A DNA stretch of 64,000 nt from Diplonema japonicum (GCA_964019335.1 OZ025669.1:248001-312000); one strand, 5' to 3'; positions 32,202 to 45,603 are shown, counted from the stretch's first letter. Translations and numbers: made by a program. The notes: generated from the letters alone by a model not told the origin.

Positions 32202-33293
32202 TCACGCAGGTGTGCCAGGTGGTGAAATAGTTTCGTCAACATCCGCACCACTGTCATGGTCGGTGTCTTGTGAATCGATATCGTGGAAAAAGTGTTTAGA
32301 AAACGAAGGCTCGGGGCGTCTCTTCGCGTGGGGAGGGGAAAACGGAAGCCTCCGCTCCTCGGAGAGAGGCCCGGACACAGAGGCGTACCACCACCGGAGA
32401 CAAAACACCCCGACGACCCCGGAAAACAACAACAGAGTGTTGAAAACGGTTAGAAACACAACGAGAAAGATGGCAGCACAACTTAAAATCGGCCATCTTT
32501 GCAACACACCCGAAACCCCATCAAGCTCAGCTTGTATATGAAGCACGGCACTATACACATGAATCTCTTTACTCATATAAACCACTACAGACTCAACAGT
32601 TTCATTTGCACGCTGCCGAAACCCTCCTTTCATAGGCATTTTCACAACCTGCGTAGGCGCCATTGTCTGCCCAGTAGCAACATGGTACGGCAGAAGCATA
32701 ACGTCAGCAATATGCCTTGACAACTCGGATCGAGGGGGTTGGAGAAAACCGGAATGTGACAATCTGCTTATCTCATCATGTATGCCCATCATTGCTATGG
32801 TTACTGTGAACGCGCCAATGTTTAAGTTATGCGGTGTCTCAGGTATGTCGAGGGTGACGGTAAAGTTGTAAGTGCTGTAGTGGTCGAAGGCGTACTGCAT
32901 TAAAGAATAGCTGTCTCCTGCTGTGTTCAACACACACTGAGGAGAGGACTGGTTATAGTCCAGTGTGAACGGTATCGAGGCGGAGCTGTCTTCTGGTACA
33001 AAAAAGTAGTAGCATGCTAAGGAGAAGATGCCCCCTGCTCCTGTCGCGACTAGTATCACACACCACAGTACCCAAGCGCATATTATGAGGACCAGGCAGA
33101 TTTTAATGTATAGAACCATGGCATCCCATGCTCTTGTGCATATTCGTCGGGCTAGTTCGTCGACTAGCATTACTTTGTTCTCAAGCGCCATTTTTTTCTT
33201 CTCTACCTTGTCGCCGACCTCTGCCACCTTGCTGAAGAGTGCCCTTGACGCCCACCATGCTAGCTGCGTCACGGACATGGTATTCATGTCCAT
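32202..33293 (-). CDS. Seipin-family protein
   Basis: Two TM segments around a lumenal domain containing LDIPETPHNLNIGAFTV and VYSAVLHIQAELDG. Confidence 0.82.
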   Translation of the reverse strand: MDMNTMSVTQLAWWASRALFSKVAEVGDKVEKKKMALENKVMLVDELARRICTRAWDAMVLYIKICLVLIICAWVLWCVILVATGAGGIFSLACYYFFVPEDSSASIPFTLDYNQSSPQCVLNTAGDSYSLMQYAFDHYSTYNFTVTLDIPETPHNLNIGAFTVTIAMMGIHDEISRLSHSGFLQPPRSELSRHIADVMLLPYHVATGQTMAPTQVVKMPMKGGFRQRANETVESVVVYMSKEIHVYSAVLHIQAELDGVSGVLQRWPILSCAAIFLVVFLTVFNTLLLFSGVVGVFCLRWWYASVSGPLSEERRLPFSPPHAKRRPEPSFSKHFFHDIDSQDTDHDSGADVDETISPPGTPA

Positions 33294-33587
33294 TAGTACT
33301 TCTTCACTTCCCACCCCTTTCTTTTTTCTTTTTCTTCTTCTTTTTTTTTAATTAAAAAAAAATAAAACGGTTTCTCTCTCTTTTTTTTGTTTTTGTTTTT
33401 TTTTCTCTTTTTTTTGTTTTTATTATCTCATTTTCCTGTTTAGAAATGATTGATGTTTTTGGGAGGGGTTTGGGGAAATAAAATTAAGAAATGGAAATGG
33501 TTGGTGCGGGGGGTGGGAGGGAGTTTTCTTTAAGTAAGAAAAAAGAAGGAAAAAAAGAAAGAAAGAAAGAAAAAAACAGCGCATTTT

Positions 33588-35704
33588 CTACACCTGTGCG
33601 CTCAATGTGGGATCCTTCAATGGGAACCAGATGTCCTTGTCGGTATCAGGACCGTCGTCTTCAAGGTTAAGGTGGAAGAGGTACCCGAAGCCACCGTGGT
33701 CGTAGCACTGCGGTTTTTTTTTTTTTTTTTTAAACACATACCGGTATTTCCTTGGGTTTGATCCACACAAACCAGTGTGCCCCTGCCTTCACGAGGGATG
33801 GAAAGGTGACTTCCCTGAACCGTTTTTGGTTAATCAGTTTTTTTTTCAGGTCCGGCGGCCATTTCTGGGGCGGATCGAATGACATCCCCTCACCGAGGGA
33901 CAGGGCGTTGGTACCGACAACCTCAGTGCCCCGAAGGTACACAAACCCACCGAACACAGGGAAGGAAAAGTTAGGTTCATGCAAACACTGCAGCACACGA
34001 GCCTGCTCTTCAGTAAGATGGTGCGCACCATCAAGAGGGTACGCCCAACAGAAGGAGTCGGCACCCTGTGAAGAAAATTAAAAAGAATAACCAAGACCCG
34101 CATACCTCAGGTATCTCCACCCTTCTCCTCTCTACTCCGAAGTGGTTAATGGGTGACGTGGCAGACAGCTTCCCTTCCAAGTGCACGTTGAACCGGCTGA
34201 GCGACTTCAGCATTTTCGCGTTGCTGAGATCGTACTCACCTTCCTTGTCTTCTGACGGTTGTGATTTTAAGAAAATCCCACCTCGAACGGCTCTTGCTTT
34301 TCTCAAAGCGAAGGGTCCGAAGGAGTGCGGGAACACGCCGCCGACCTCCTTTGTGGTAGTGCTTTCCATCAGCGAGTTCTGCTTGATGAGCGACGAGATG
34401 TCCTCGGGGCTCAAGAATGCCTTCGTCGGGAGGAACCTAATCTTTTTCCGGCGTTTGACGTTCATCTGCTCCGTCACAAGATGCGGTTTCTGAAGGAAAC
34501 CCGTCCCGACTGTCCCGAACCCAGGCACGTACGCAGGGCGCGTTGCGTCGAGGATGATGGAGACTTCCTCTATCTTCCCGCCTGCCTCGGATGCACTCAC
34601 AGCTGTGTCCAGCACGCCGTAGTCAAGCGCCACACCGCAGATGAACACCTTTCTGTACTCCTTTACGACCTCAGAGAGCCTGTACTTCTCTTTGTTCTGG
34701 TGGTTGAACGCTAAAATGTCAGGCGGTGCATTGGGGTCAGGGTTGTCGTCCCACTTCTCCATGTTCGAGCACTTCAGCACGTACGCCCCCGTCCACGCTT
34801 GGATAGGACACACTTTCTCACGTTTCGCCTTTTCTTTATCCGTCATAGCGAGCCGTTCCTTCATGTAGGCATCCGAGTAGGGCAGTGCGCCCAGTGAGTC
34901 GATGTCCTCATGGAAGCCTTTGAAGGCGATGTCCACGTTTCTGTTCTTCTTGTCCTTTGATATCATCAGTTTTTTCAGGCTCTCTGCGATAGGTTTGCAG
35001 AACTCGCTCCCCACGCTCCCTTGGACGCAGTGTGGGGCGAAGCGTCCGCCTTCAGACACAAACGAGCAATGGTCGAAAGGGTGGTAGTCCCGTGTGCAAA
35101 TGACCCGCCCGCCTGCCTTCGCAAAGGACTTGATCAGCGCTGCTATGTTCGAAGCTGTCTGGTCGCCCTCAGGCACCACGAAGCGCCCCCCGTCGGGGTT
35201 CATGGAGCCCACAGGCATAAAGTCGTTCTGCATGTCTATCACAAGCAAACAGCACCTACCGTCGATCGCAACCTTCTCCTTCTCATCCTCCACAAGGGGT
35301 TTTTTAATGTTTTCCAACATTCCTACGTACTCTTCAAAAATTCTCGCAGTGGGTGTAAGCCACAGGCTAGTTTTTTGATGCAGTCTTGCCTCCGGATCTG
35401 TGTCGGATATCAGGTCAGGTGCTGACGTGTAAATGGGCTCCTCTGTCTTCCCGTTTCGCAGTGACCTGTTCACCTCTTCCAGCGTGCGGACCTCTTTCTC
35501 AAGAGCAGCGAGTCTCCCCAACAATGTGTCACATCCCGGCTCGCCTGCAAAGTACGACGCCAGCCACATCCTCGCGCTGGGCGGCTTCACCCTTATCAAG
35601 TCCGCAAGTGCATCGTCCACAAGCTGCGCGACACCGTGGTTCTCAAGGTATACACGTGCCGTCTGCACCTCATCGTCATCCTCTTCGTAGTTTATGTCCG
35701 CCAT
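33588..35704 (-). CDS. RIIa/Dpy-30-like docking domain fused to a nicotinamidase-like domain with catalytic Cys replaced by Gly (2 introns)
   Basis: YLENHGVAQLV...L...KP.....WLASYF; IDMQNDF; TRDYHP..H.SF; PHCVQG; GVALDYGV. Confidence 0.85.
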
Positions 35705-35792
35705 GTGTCTGTCGGGATGCGGTGTGCAGTACAAAGACAACAAAATGAACTACAAGACAGAAGTACATAATCAACATAAAAAAAGGGCATCC

Positions 35793-37396
35793 TCACAAGC
35801 CCCTGTGCATAGGGCTTCTGCCCTGCCGCACATTGGGCGACACAGATCTTGCCGAGAATGGGGATCGAATGGACACCATGCGGTTGGGGGAGATGGTCGG
35901 GGCCCCTGCCTCCTGTTGGCGCAGCTGTAGAAAAGGAAATATACCAATAAGAAAAAGCGACAAACCTTAGCATTCTTCATCTCCAGCTGTCCTGTGACTG
36001 TGTCCAGCCGCGACCCCAGCGTGGTGATGTAGTGCTTAAGCCGTGACTCTTCCTTCTGCAAGCGGCCAACCTCATTCAGAGCTTCGTCTCTCTCCTTCTC
36101 GCATTCTACAAGCTTCTCAGTGCTGCTTTTCGCCAGCAGCCCATTATACTTCCGGTCCAATTCCTGCAGCTTCTTCGCTATGACGGTGCGCTCATGCTTC
36201 TCATTGGCGAGCTCCTCTTGCACTGCAAGCAGCTTCTTTTTGTGTGCAGCAACTGAAGCTTCCTGGACGGATGCGAGATGTGTTTTGTGCTTAGCTAAAT
36301 CAGACGTTGCTTGTGATGCGGTCTTGCGTGCTTCTTGGAAAGCATTCCTGCTGGAGGCAAGCTGGATACGAAGATTTTCGTTTTCCTCCTGAAGCTCGGT
36401 GAGCTCTGGTGGGGTGTTCTTGCTGAGGAGAGAATGGATGCGTTGCTCGCGTGCTTCGGCTTCGCAGCGCAGTTCTTCCACGGTGCTGCTGCGCTCGTTC
36501 ACAGCGGCCACAAGCAATGCTGTTTGCTCGTCCCGCGACTTGAGCCCGTCGCGCAGGATGTCTATCTCTTCACCAGCCGCCTCTACCTCACGTGACAGAC
36601 ACGCCACCATGCGTTCCTCGTCCTTTCGCGATTCGATGGCTTGTTGCTCTCGTAGACCTGCCTTCGCCACCTCGTCCTGCAGCTCTTCCAGTTGGGTTTC
36701 AGATAGGCGTTGCGCCTCGCCCAGCTGCCACAGAACTTTGCACCGCACCGACAGGTCGTAGCGCAGCTTTTCGTTCTCCTGCTGCAGTTCCGCGTTGAAC
36801 TCAGACCGTACTGCACCATCCCTCCGCTCCTCTTGGCTGATGTCCCTCATCACCGACTTTTCTTTATCTTTCATGAGAAGCGCCACTTTTTCCTCCAACG
36901 AAGTGGCCGTCTGCTTCAGCTCCTTGGCACAGCGGGTGGCGTCCAGCTCCCTGGCCGCGCTGGCACGCTGCTTCTCACGAAGATCAGCGCAGAGCCGGTG
37001 GAGCTTGTACGCGTCCAGCTTGTGCATTGCCTCGTAGTCCTGCAGACGGTGCTTCAGCTTCTCGAGATCACCGTTCTCTTCCTTGAGGTGGTTGTACTTG
37101 TTCTTCCAGAAGTTTGCGACCTTCTTGTGGTTAGTCGTGTCTTCATCACGCTTCTAAAGGAGGGGATTATACGAAATTTTCTTCCCACACACCTCTTGAG
37201 GCAGTTCAACGCATGCACCTAGTGGAGGGGGTGCCACAACTGGGCTGTTATCAATCACATGGCCCCCCTTTAGCTCTAGCCCTGCTTGGCGGAGTACTTC
37301 CTGTGGGGTTTTTTTTTTTTTTTTTGTTTGTTTATCCCTGCCTTTACACACCTCAATGGCTGCGTCATCTGTGTGGTCGAAGAACGAAGGCACCAT
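35793..37396 (-). CDS. Long coiled-coil protein (3 introns)
   Basis: Heptad-rich 418-aa core, extended at both ends by in-frame GT-AG splicing. Confidence 0.75.
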
Positions 37397-37760
37397 TTTA
37401 CAAGACTTTTAGGGCCCCACCGCCCTCTCCTTTTGTGCGTTTCTTTTTGAAAAAAAAGGGGGGGGGGGACGTTGAGTGGGAAACAGGGGGGAGAGCAAGA
37501 AAAAAAAAAGAAACAGAAAATATAATAGTTTACCAGAGAAAAGGGGAGTGGAGAGAAGTATCCATGGCATTATTTACCCTATATCCCCCCCCCTTTTTAT
37601 TTTCCCCTCTCTGAATTCAATTCCCGTTTCTTCTTTTTTTAAATTCTTCCTTCTCTCTCCCACAAATGTAGGGGGGAAGAAAAAAAAGAAACACTGAAAC
37701 GTTTACCTCCCCCTTCCCCCACCACCCCCCCCTAATAGAAAGGGGGAAATAAAACAAACA

Positions 37761-37793
<33 letters not shown>

Positions 37794-38215
37794 CCCCTCT
37801 TTTCCCCTTCATTTTAAAGTCCCGTTTCCCCTCTCAAACAAAAGCTAGGTATAAGGAGGGGGCGGTGGTGGGAGAAAACCGTGGAAGAAGAAAAGAAAAA
37901 AAAAGCTTAACTATTTTGTCTCGTGTAAACCAATGTGTTCTTTTTTTTTTAAAAAAAATTATTTATTTTGTTATTCACCCCATATTTCATCCATCCCCCC
38001 TCCCGTACATTTCATGTGCTTTTCTTCTTCTTTTTTTTTTCTTCTTTTTTACAGGGGCGATTCACTTAAAACAACTCATGAAAAGTAACCCAATAAAGTT
38101 GAAAATTCACGTAAAAAAAAGTGCAAAAAAAAAAAAAAAACGACTTTTTTTTGGATAATAAGTGAATTTCAGTACTTTCTTTTGGGTGGTGCTAGGCTAA
38201 TTACCTCTTGCACAT

Positions 38216-38370
38216 TCACGACTCAAATTCCATTACAACACGGCAAATCTTGACATCATCGCCGTCGGAAGTCTTGAGCTCAAGAACACGTGCGGTGGGA
38301 GGAGAGTCCCCAATTTCTATCCTCTTCTTATCTTTGCAGGGGAACCCGCGCGACTCAACGTAATCAACAA

Positions 38371-38425
<55 letters not shown>

Positions 38426-41400
38426 ACCTTCATCTCCATTCTGGTGTCCAACGGAGACGAGTCGGCCTTCTTATCTGTTCCTGTGAACATCCACCCAAGC
38501 AGATCGAGAGATTTTTCCTTCTTGAACCACTCCACCAAGCCCTTAATCGTTATGTCCTTCTTCGCCTTCACGACCATCGTGTCCCACACTGTCTGCGGGT
38601 CAGGGACTGCAATTTCATCGACATCCATGTACATTTCAGGATCGAACCTGGACCCCGACTTGATCTTCTCACAAGGGGCAGGCTCCGACTGGGAGTACAA
38701 CGGGAGAGCCAGGTTGCAGAATGTGTTGCGGTAGTGCTCGCCCTTCTTCTTACCGAGCACCTTGAACATTTCAATGCAAACAAGACCGGTTGCCATTGCA
38801 GTGGCGGTGGCGATGGCAGGAATGATTCTCCCAGCCTTAAGCTTTGCCTGTTTAAAAATAGAAATGCGTGGTTTTTTTCTTTTTTTTTTTTTTTTTTGTA
38901 AAATACAACCTGCAAAAAGTCAACTTCGTCAATGGCGTAGTTCCTGGCCCTCAGGTTCGCAAAGGACTGGATGAAGTCGATGTGGAAGTTCATGTCGTGG
39001 TCCTTCTCGAACTCGTTCACGAAGTAAGTTGTGTCCTTGCTCTTCTCGCTCTCCACAGAGATCTCCTTCACGGCTCCCTTCAGCTTTTCGTTGTCGTCGT
39101 CTGCTTCCACTGGCGCCGCAGCCTCTCCTTCCTTCTTCTCCTCCTCGTCCTCACCCTCCCCAAGCTCTACCTTCGTCTTGAACGGCTTGAACTCCGGTAC
39201 TTTCACATCCTTAAGCACCTTACGGAAATACCTTAAAAAGGGGTTATTTTGGGGTTGAAAGCTACATACTCAAGGTCGCGCTGCTCTTCGGTGATGTTGA
39301 AGATCTTCGCGCGCAGGTTAGCAGCAGCAACGACGAACTTCATGGCCATCTCGTCCTTGTCGTCGAAGGGCACCACCTTCGGGAACCTCTTCGGAGGCGA
39401 CCAGAAGGGTGCACCGCTCGATGTCTTCATGTCCTCAGGGCAGTTGTGGATAAGAAGGTTGACCCTGTCCACGAAGTAAGACTGGTACTTGCGGCGTGCC
39501 CAGCCGATGCACTGGTCGAAGTTAGAGGGCTTCTCCTTGACAAGGGCATCAAGGAGGCCGCCTGGCATCGCGCAGTTGAACTTCGGGTCGCCAACAAGCC
39601 TGTCGAGGATGGCGGCGGCGGGCTCGCTGGCAGCGATGAGAGAGTCGACGAACTTCTGAGGGCCCTTCGTGAAGTCATTAGCGTCGGTGGGGACTGTCTC
39701 GAAGTTCCCGACGAACTCCGACTTGGCCAACCCAAGGCAGTGGTCGATGTTGTGGGGGAAGTTGTGAAGCGCGCACTGCGGGGCCTCCTTCTCGGGGGGG
39801 TCCTTCGTGGCGCCGTAGTTCTCCGTCACGTGCGGGATGACAGTCTGCGTGTTGCACTTGGGACCCAAGGTACCGCTCTCCAGAAGCGGCTTGCAATGCA
39901 GCACGCACTTGCTGTCGACGTACAGCCTGGCCTTGACGTTGTCAAGGGCGTTGACGACAAGGTCGAGGCTGTCCCAGAATTCGTCTTTGAAGATGTCCTC
40001 GCTCGAAGGTTGCACCCTCTCCGTCATGGACTTCACCTTCAGAGCGGGGTTCATGATGCACGCCGCCTTGGTGGCGGACTCCGACTTCGGCTGACCGATG
40101 TTGTGGTTCCTAAACAGGAACTGCCTGCTGAGGTTCGACTTCTCGATGATGTCATCGTCGGTGACCGTAAGCTTGCCGCCCTCGACTACTGCGCAGCCCA
40201 TCAAGGCGAAGTTCTTCAGGAACTCGCACCCCAGAGCACCGCTGCCGACAAGGAACACGTTAAGCTTGGCAAGCTTCTCTTGTATCTCTTTCCCGAAGAC
40301 CTGGATCTGCGCATCGTACCTGGACCCCTTTGGGTGGGGGGCCTTAGGTGGCGAGTCAGGGAGGCACTCCTCAGCGTCAAAGTGGAACCATTGGAAGGTG
40401 GGGTGGAACTTCCCTGTGCATGACTTTATGACTTCCTGTCCCATGATGCCACCGAAAATCGCAGCGAAGGGGTTAAGGGTAGCACCGGCACCCGCAGCGA
40501 AGGCAGAAATCGTCTTCAACCTCGCCTCGTCGAGCTCCTCGATCTTGCGGTCGCCGTACGTCTCATTGATCTCCTTCGCAGCAGCGATCACTTTCTCAGC
40601 ACCGCCCTCAGCACTGGCAGCCTCGTAACCCACCTTGTCAACGGCACGCATGGCGAGCAGCAGAAGGCCACTTCTGCCGAACTTCATTTCAAACTCAGGC
40701 TTTCCGAAGAACTCAAGCACGCTCTCGTCGAAGGCCTTTGCTTTGTCGGTTTGCTTCGAGGTGTCCGAGTCCATCATCTGCCCGGGGTCCGCAAGGCACT
40801 CGGACAGGGGGCGGAACTTCAGAGCGAGCGGCATCTTCTTCTGGTTGGCGATACCGCCGCTGACGTAAGCGTCGTAAGAAGAGGTGTCCTCGATCTTGAA
40901 CTGCTTCTTCCCCTTCATAACGTCGTAGACCTGGCGGGGCTTTCCGTCGTTGAGCTGCGTCATGCCCTTTACTTCGCTGAAGATGACGAACTCTCCGTCG
41001 TCGAGGTCGATGTCGATGTCCTGCACGCACTGCACAAGAGCTTGCTTCCCGGAGGCAGACTTTTCGATGCTGTGGATGATGACAGACTTGGCGGACTCTC
41101 CGGTGCTGTCGTTGCACACGAAGTCTTTGCCGAAGTCGCAGAAGACGGACCCGAAGACACCGTTGATGGAGCCACGGATGAAGTGCGCGGGGGGTGTCTG
41201 CACGCGGCACGCTTCGTTGATCTTGGTGGCGGTTTCAAGGGTGCTGTCGCAGACGACGACAACATCGAAGCCCTTGGTGAGCTCGGGGGTGAGGGCGGCA
41301 GTGATGGCTGTCACTGCCACGCTAGGGTTCAGCTCCTGGAACTGTGCCTTGCAGGCTTCAGCCCTGTTCTTCCCGACGTCCTTCTCGCTGAGGTAGAAGT

Positions 41401-41608
41401 TCGACCCAAGGTCCCCAATCACCACGTTCTTGTCGTCCTGCAGCGTGACGCTCTTCACGTTCGCAAGGATAACATTCTTCGCTGTCTCAGCGCCCAGCCC
41501 GTTGACGCCGCACACCAACACTTTTGTCGTAGAGAGCTTCAACATGCTCTCCCTCCCATACACAGCTATCTGCCTCGACTGCAGGTCTTCATCCAGCGGC
41601 TGTGCCAT
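38216..41608 (-). CDS. UBA1: Ubiquitin-activating enzyme E1 (3 introns)
   Basis: SRQIAVYG, GSGALGCE, IEKSNLSRQFLFR, catalytic PQCALHNFP, FEKD, NLRARNY, IIPAIAT, NLALP, and a UFD end after the intron at 38372-38427. Confidence 0.96.
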
Positions 41609-42138
41609 ACTGTCTCGGTCTTGTTTTTGTGTCGCCTGTCATGCAGTAAAATTGTCAGGAGAGTGGGAGGGTGAGAAAGTAAGAAAGAAAGAAGAAAAAA
41701 AAAACACTCTTCTCTATCCTCAAAGAGAAGAAATGCCGCATAAAGAAAAAAAGAAAAAGAAATTTGAAGGGGCAGTGAAAAAAAAGAGAACAAAATTCAA
41801 AAAAAAAAAAAAAGATAGCCCCTCCTTCCGGAGCGAAAAGAACGGGGAGAAAAAAGAGACCACTCGTGAGTTGTGTATTGTATGCCGTGCGTATTTCTTT
41901 CTTTTTCTTTTTGGCGGAATTGAAGAACAATAGGGAATGGGGGGCACACTATTTTCCCACACTTCCCCCCCCCCCCCCCCGGCTTTTCATAGAACATAGG
42001 CAAATCCCTTTCTCTCCCTCTTTTTTTTTTTTTTTTTTTTTTGGAAAGACCGCCAGCACAACACTAAAAACGAAATAACGCACCGTAATAATATTTTCCT
42101 CCCTTCATTGTGCCACTTCCACCCTTCTCCTCTCCCCA

Positions 42139-44691
42139 TCACCCGACCACGGTGTGGACGAAGACGCCAGCAGCTAAGAAGATAAGCTGAATGAGGAGAC
42201 CGAAAATGCCGTACTTTGTACTCTGCACCAGCACAGGGAGCAGGTGCGCAACGGAAAGGTACAGACAGACAGCGGCAGCAGTGGGGATAACCTGATTTTA
42301 TTCTACGGTTTTTTTCCCCTCCTCATACCCATGGTGCCAGGAGCTCAGCGTTCACTTCGGTGATGAGCCCCAAAGCAGGCAGCGCCCAGGGGGATGCCAT
42401 AACGATACGCAACAAAATCGTATTGAAGGTGCTCACGTTGCTGCAGAGGAGGATGGCTGTACCAGCGATCTGAATATTTGTGGCCATCAGGGGGTTATGC
42501 ATACCTCGTATAATATAGCGTGGATACTGAGGAGGATTGTGTACTGTTTGCACCTCGTGGCGTACAGGAGGATGCTCACCAGGTGCTGCAGAACACCTGC
42601 CACAACGCAGGACTTCCAAGCGGTGTCCATAGACAGAGGGCTCCCGCCCCCTCCCGACCCCTTCGTGGTCTGCACGGTGAAACTGTCACCCACCTTCCTC
42701 AAAGCATCGAGCACCTGAAGATAAGTTAACAACACAAACCCTCACATACGTTTTCCCCCGCTACTGGCATGTCGTTCACAGCAACGATGCGCATCCCCAC
42801 CTTGAGGCCTGCACGCTGCGCAGGGCTGCTCTTGATGGCTACCGTGACCACACCGCTCGAGGACATGTTCTAGAGGATAGTGTCAAGATGGTGTGTTGCA
42901 TACCAAGCCCAGCTTCTCTTTGGGCTTCCGCGAGACAGTGAATACGTTTTGCTCGAAGCTCGGGTCTGGTGGCGGCGTCCTCGTCATGGCATCAAGCACA
43001 AACATGATGCCGAACCTCAGCAGCAGAACCGAGTGCGAGGAGCCTTGCGACCCCATGACCTTGTCGGACAAGGGCATTAAGCGCAGGACTGTATCACCGA
43101 GGGTCAGCCCTGCAGCCAGAACAAGCCACACGTACAAGAAAAAGTTTAAAGAAGAGGTGATGCTCGTGAATACGACAGCAGCAAGGGGAAGCCCCAGCAG
43201 CCCTCCCAGTACCTCAGGAGACTGGAGCGACATTTCGAGAAGATGCCTTTCTGGAATCCAGTGCTTGAGGGACGCAGGGATCTCGGGGTCATACTGGAAG
43301 GAAGTTGGAAGAGGAGATGCGGTGTAGGTGAACAGCTTGCTTTGCAGGCAGTCGAGGATGCTGCTCTCGGTGCCCGACATAACGAGGAAAGCAACAATTG
43401 CCATGAGAGCGATAAACAACCCGGAGACAACCTTCAACACGTCCAAGGGTGACATGCCCTGCGTGGCGTCGATCTCGCAGACCTTGATCCCCATGTCACC
43501 GAGGCCAGTCGTTGCGATGCGGAGCTTCGTCGGCGACATCTGCTTCACTGAGATGGTGGCGACGGGGCCTGAGTGGTGCCCTCTCCATAGCCCCACGGTG
43601 TCCCCTGTTTTGGCAGACGCCACACCAACGTTCCCGTTGTCTGCCGTGCCGTACACAAGGAAGTTCCCGCACGGTGACAACTCGAACACCGTGACGGCAT
43701 CTGTCCTGTCCAGCTCCACAGACGTGAGGGTCGAGCACGACAGGTTGAAAGACTTCTTCGTGGTGCCCGACACCTTCCATTCAATGGCGTACGATACTAA
43801 GAAGCACGGCCCGCCGCCTCTGGCCATCACCACATGCAGCTCGCGTCCACTGTGGCTAAACTTCACGGCCTGTAGTCGGAACCGCTTCTGAGGATCGTCG
43901 TTTGTAGGGAAATGTGGCGGCTGCTCCAAAGCAATGACACCCACACACCCCGTGCTGGAAGTGACAGAGGGTACCCAGTTGTCGCCGGGGGTCAGCTCCT
44001 GCGGGGCATCACCCGTCCGCCACAAGCGAAGGGTGCAGTCATGAGACACGGAAGCGATGAGGATGGGATGGGGCTTCTTGCGATCGTAAGTAACGCCAGG
44101 GGGAGGGGGGAGGGGTGCCATGGCGAGAGATGAGATGACCTTTGAGTGACCTTGGAGGATGGCAGCAGGGCGGGCTTGCCAGCTGCCGGAGCTGTTGTCC
44201 AGAGCGACAACGTGGATGGAGTTGGAGTCGGAGTTCACGACAGCAACGCGGCCGGACTTGGAAAGGGAGATGCGTCGTGCCTCATGGTTGCGCTCGTCGT
44301 CCGAAGCGTGGCGGCCGTAGGACGCCAGCTGCTCGAATGTCCCATCAGGCTTCAGGTTCATGAAGTTCACGGTATGCCCATGACCTGTGACACCGAGATG
44401 CGCCCCATTAAAGGGCACGATGTTCGAAAGGCACTGCACGTACTCTTCTGTGTACTGGTATTTGTTCTCTGCTTTGGGGGCTCCGCTCTGATCCATATCA
44501 ATGTCGATCATGCCGAAGGGCCGTCCCTGCCCCCACCCAGGGGGCGACCCTCCCCCTACCACCAGCTTTTCCCCCAACCAAGTGCACGCGTACACCGGGC
44601 AGGTTACGTTCACTATCATTCGCCTTTTTCGCTTCTGCAGGCTTACCGAATCCACCAACATGCTAGGGTCCTTTCGTTTGGGGGGCGCCAT
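42139..44691 (-). CDS. Sec12/PREB-like WD40 propeller plus a multipass membrane region containing a PDZ domain (~803 aa, 4 introns)
   Basis: PVYA...VVGGG N-terminus, WD repeats and a TM helix. Introns at 42870-42903, 42715-42749, 42470-42504 and 42292-42328 (GTATG...AG, all phase 0) yield KEKLGL...SPAQRAGLKVGMRIVAVND. Confidence 0.82.
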
Positions 44692-45520
44692 GTTATCTCC
44701 AACCCTGGGCTTTCCGACCCCTCAAGGACGCTGCTTTTTTTTTTTTTTTTGGAAAGAAGCGGGAAGAACGGAATACTAAAGAGGGGAAAATAAATAAGAA
44801 TTGTGAGAGGGGGGGGGGGGGGGGGAACATAGGGGAAAGCGAATGGAGAGAAAAAAAAAAAAAAGACAAAAAAAGAAAAATGAGGACAAAAACAGAAAAA
44901 AGAAGAATGGGGGAGGAAAAAAAAAAAGAAAAGAAAAAAAGAAGATAAAATGACGTGCACCAAGGGGGTGGTTTGACAAGAAGGCGCTGAGTTGAAGCTA
45001 TGTGTCGGCACCGCTTGTCACCCCCACCACCGGGCCGAAGAATGCTGGGGATCACTTCTTATTCTTTTTCCTTTTGTTAACCCCACAGCACACCCTGTTT
45101 TCTTTTCTTTTTTTTTCCCTTTTTTTTTCCACCTCTTCTTTTTTTTTTTCTTCCTTTCCTTTTTTTTCTTTCTCCTCAATTTTCGGAAAAAATGAATTTC
45201 TCGCACATCCGAAGTACAGTGGCGGCGGAGGGTGGGGAGAACTACCACCACTCCGTGTTCAATAGAAAATAAAAAAGAGGGGGGAGGGGAGATGAAAAGG
45301 GATGGGAAGGGCTTAAACAGTTACAATAAATAAAAGAGGGGGGGGGGGCTTATTGAAAAAAAAATTCCCCTTAAGGGCAACATTCTGTTACACCTTCCCC
45401 GCTGCTTGCTGGCGGAGTCACCCCACCGACGGCATTTCGGACCTTTTTTTTTTGGAAGGGGTTGGGGGGGAATAACACTGCTAAGTAAAAAATAAAAAAA
45501 GAAAGGTACACACGAAACGG

Positions 45521-45552
<32 letters not shown>

Positions 45553-45555
<3 letters not shown>

Positions 45556-45603
45556 ATGAGATAAAGGAGGTTCCTGTTTTGGAACGTCCCCCTTGTCTCT
45601 ACT
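45553..45603 (-). repeat. 51-nt dispersed hairpin element (copy 2)
   Basis: Near-identical to 11057-11107. Confidence 0.85.

Noticed and set aside
35704-35793. Fusion of the coiled-coil gene with the nicotinamidase-like gene
   Set aside because: After splicing, the coiled-coil frame ends at a TGA at 35793-35795, and no suitable intron bridges the gap.
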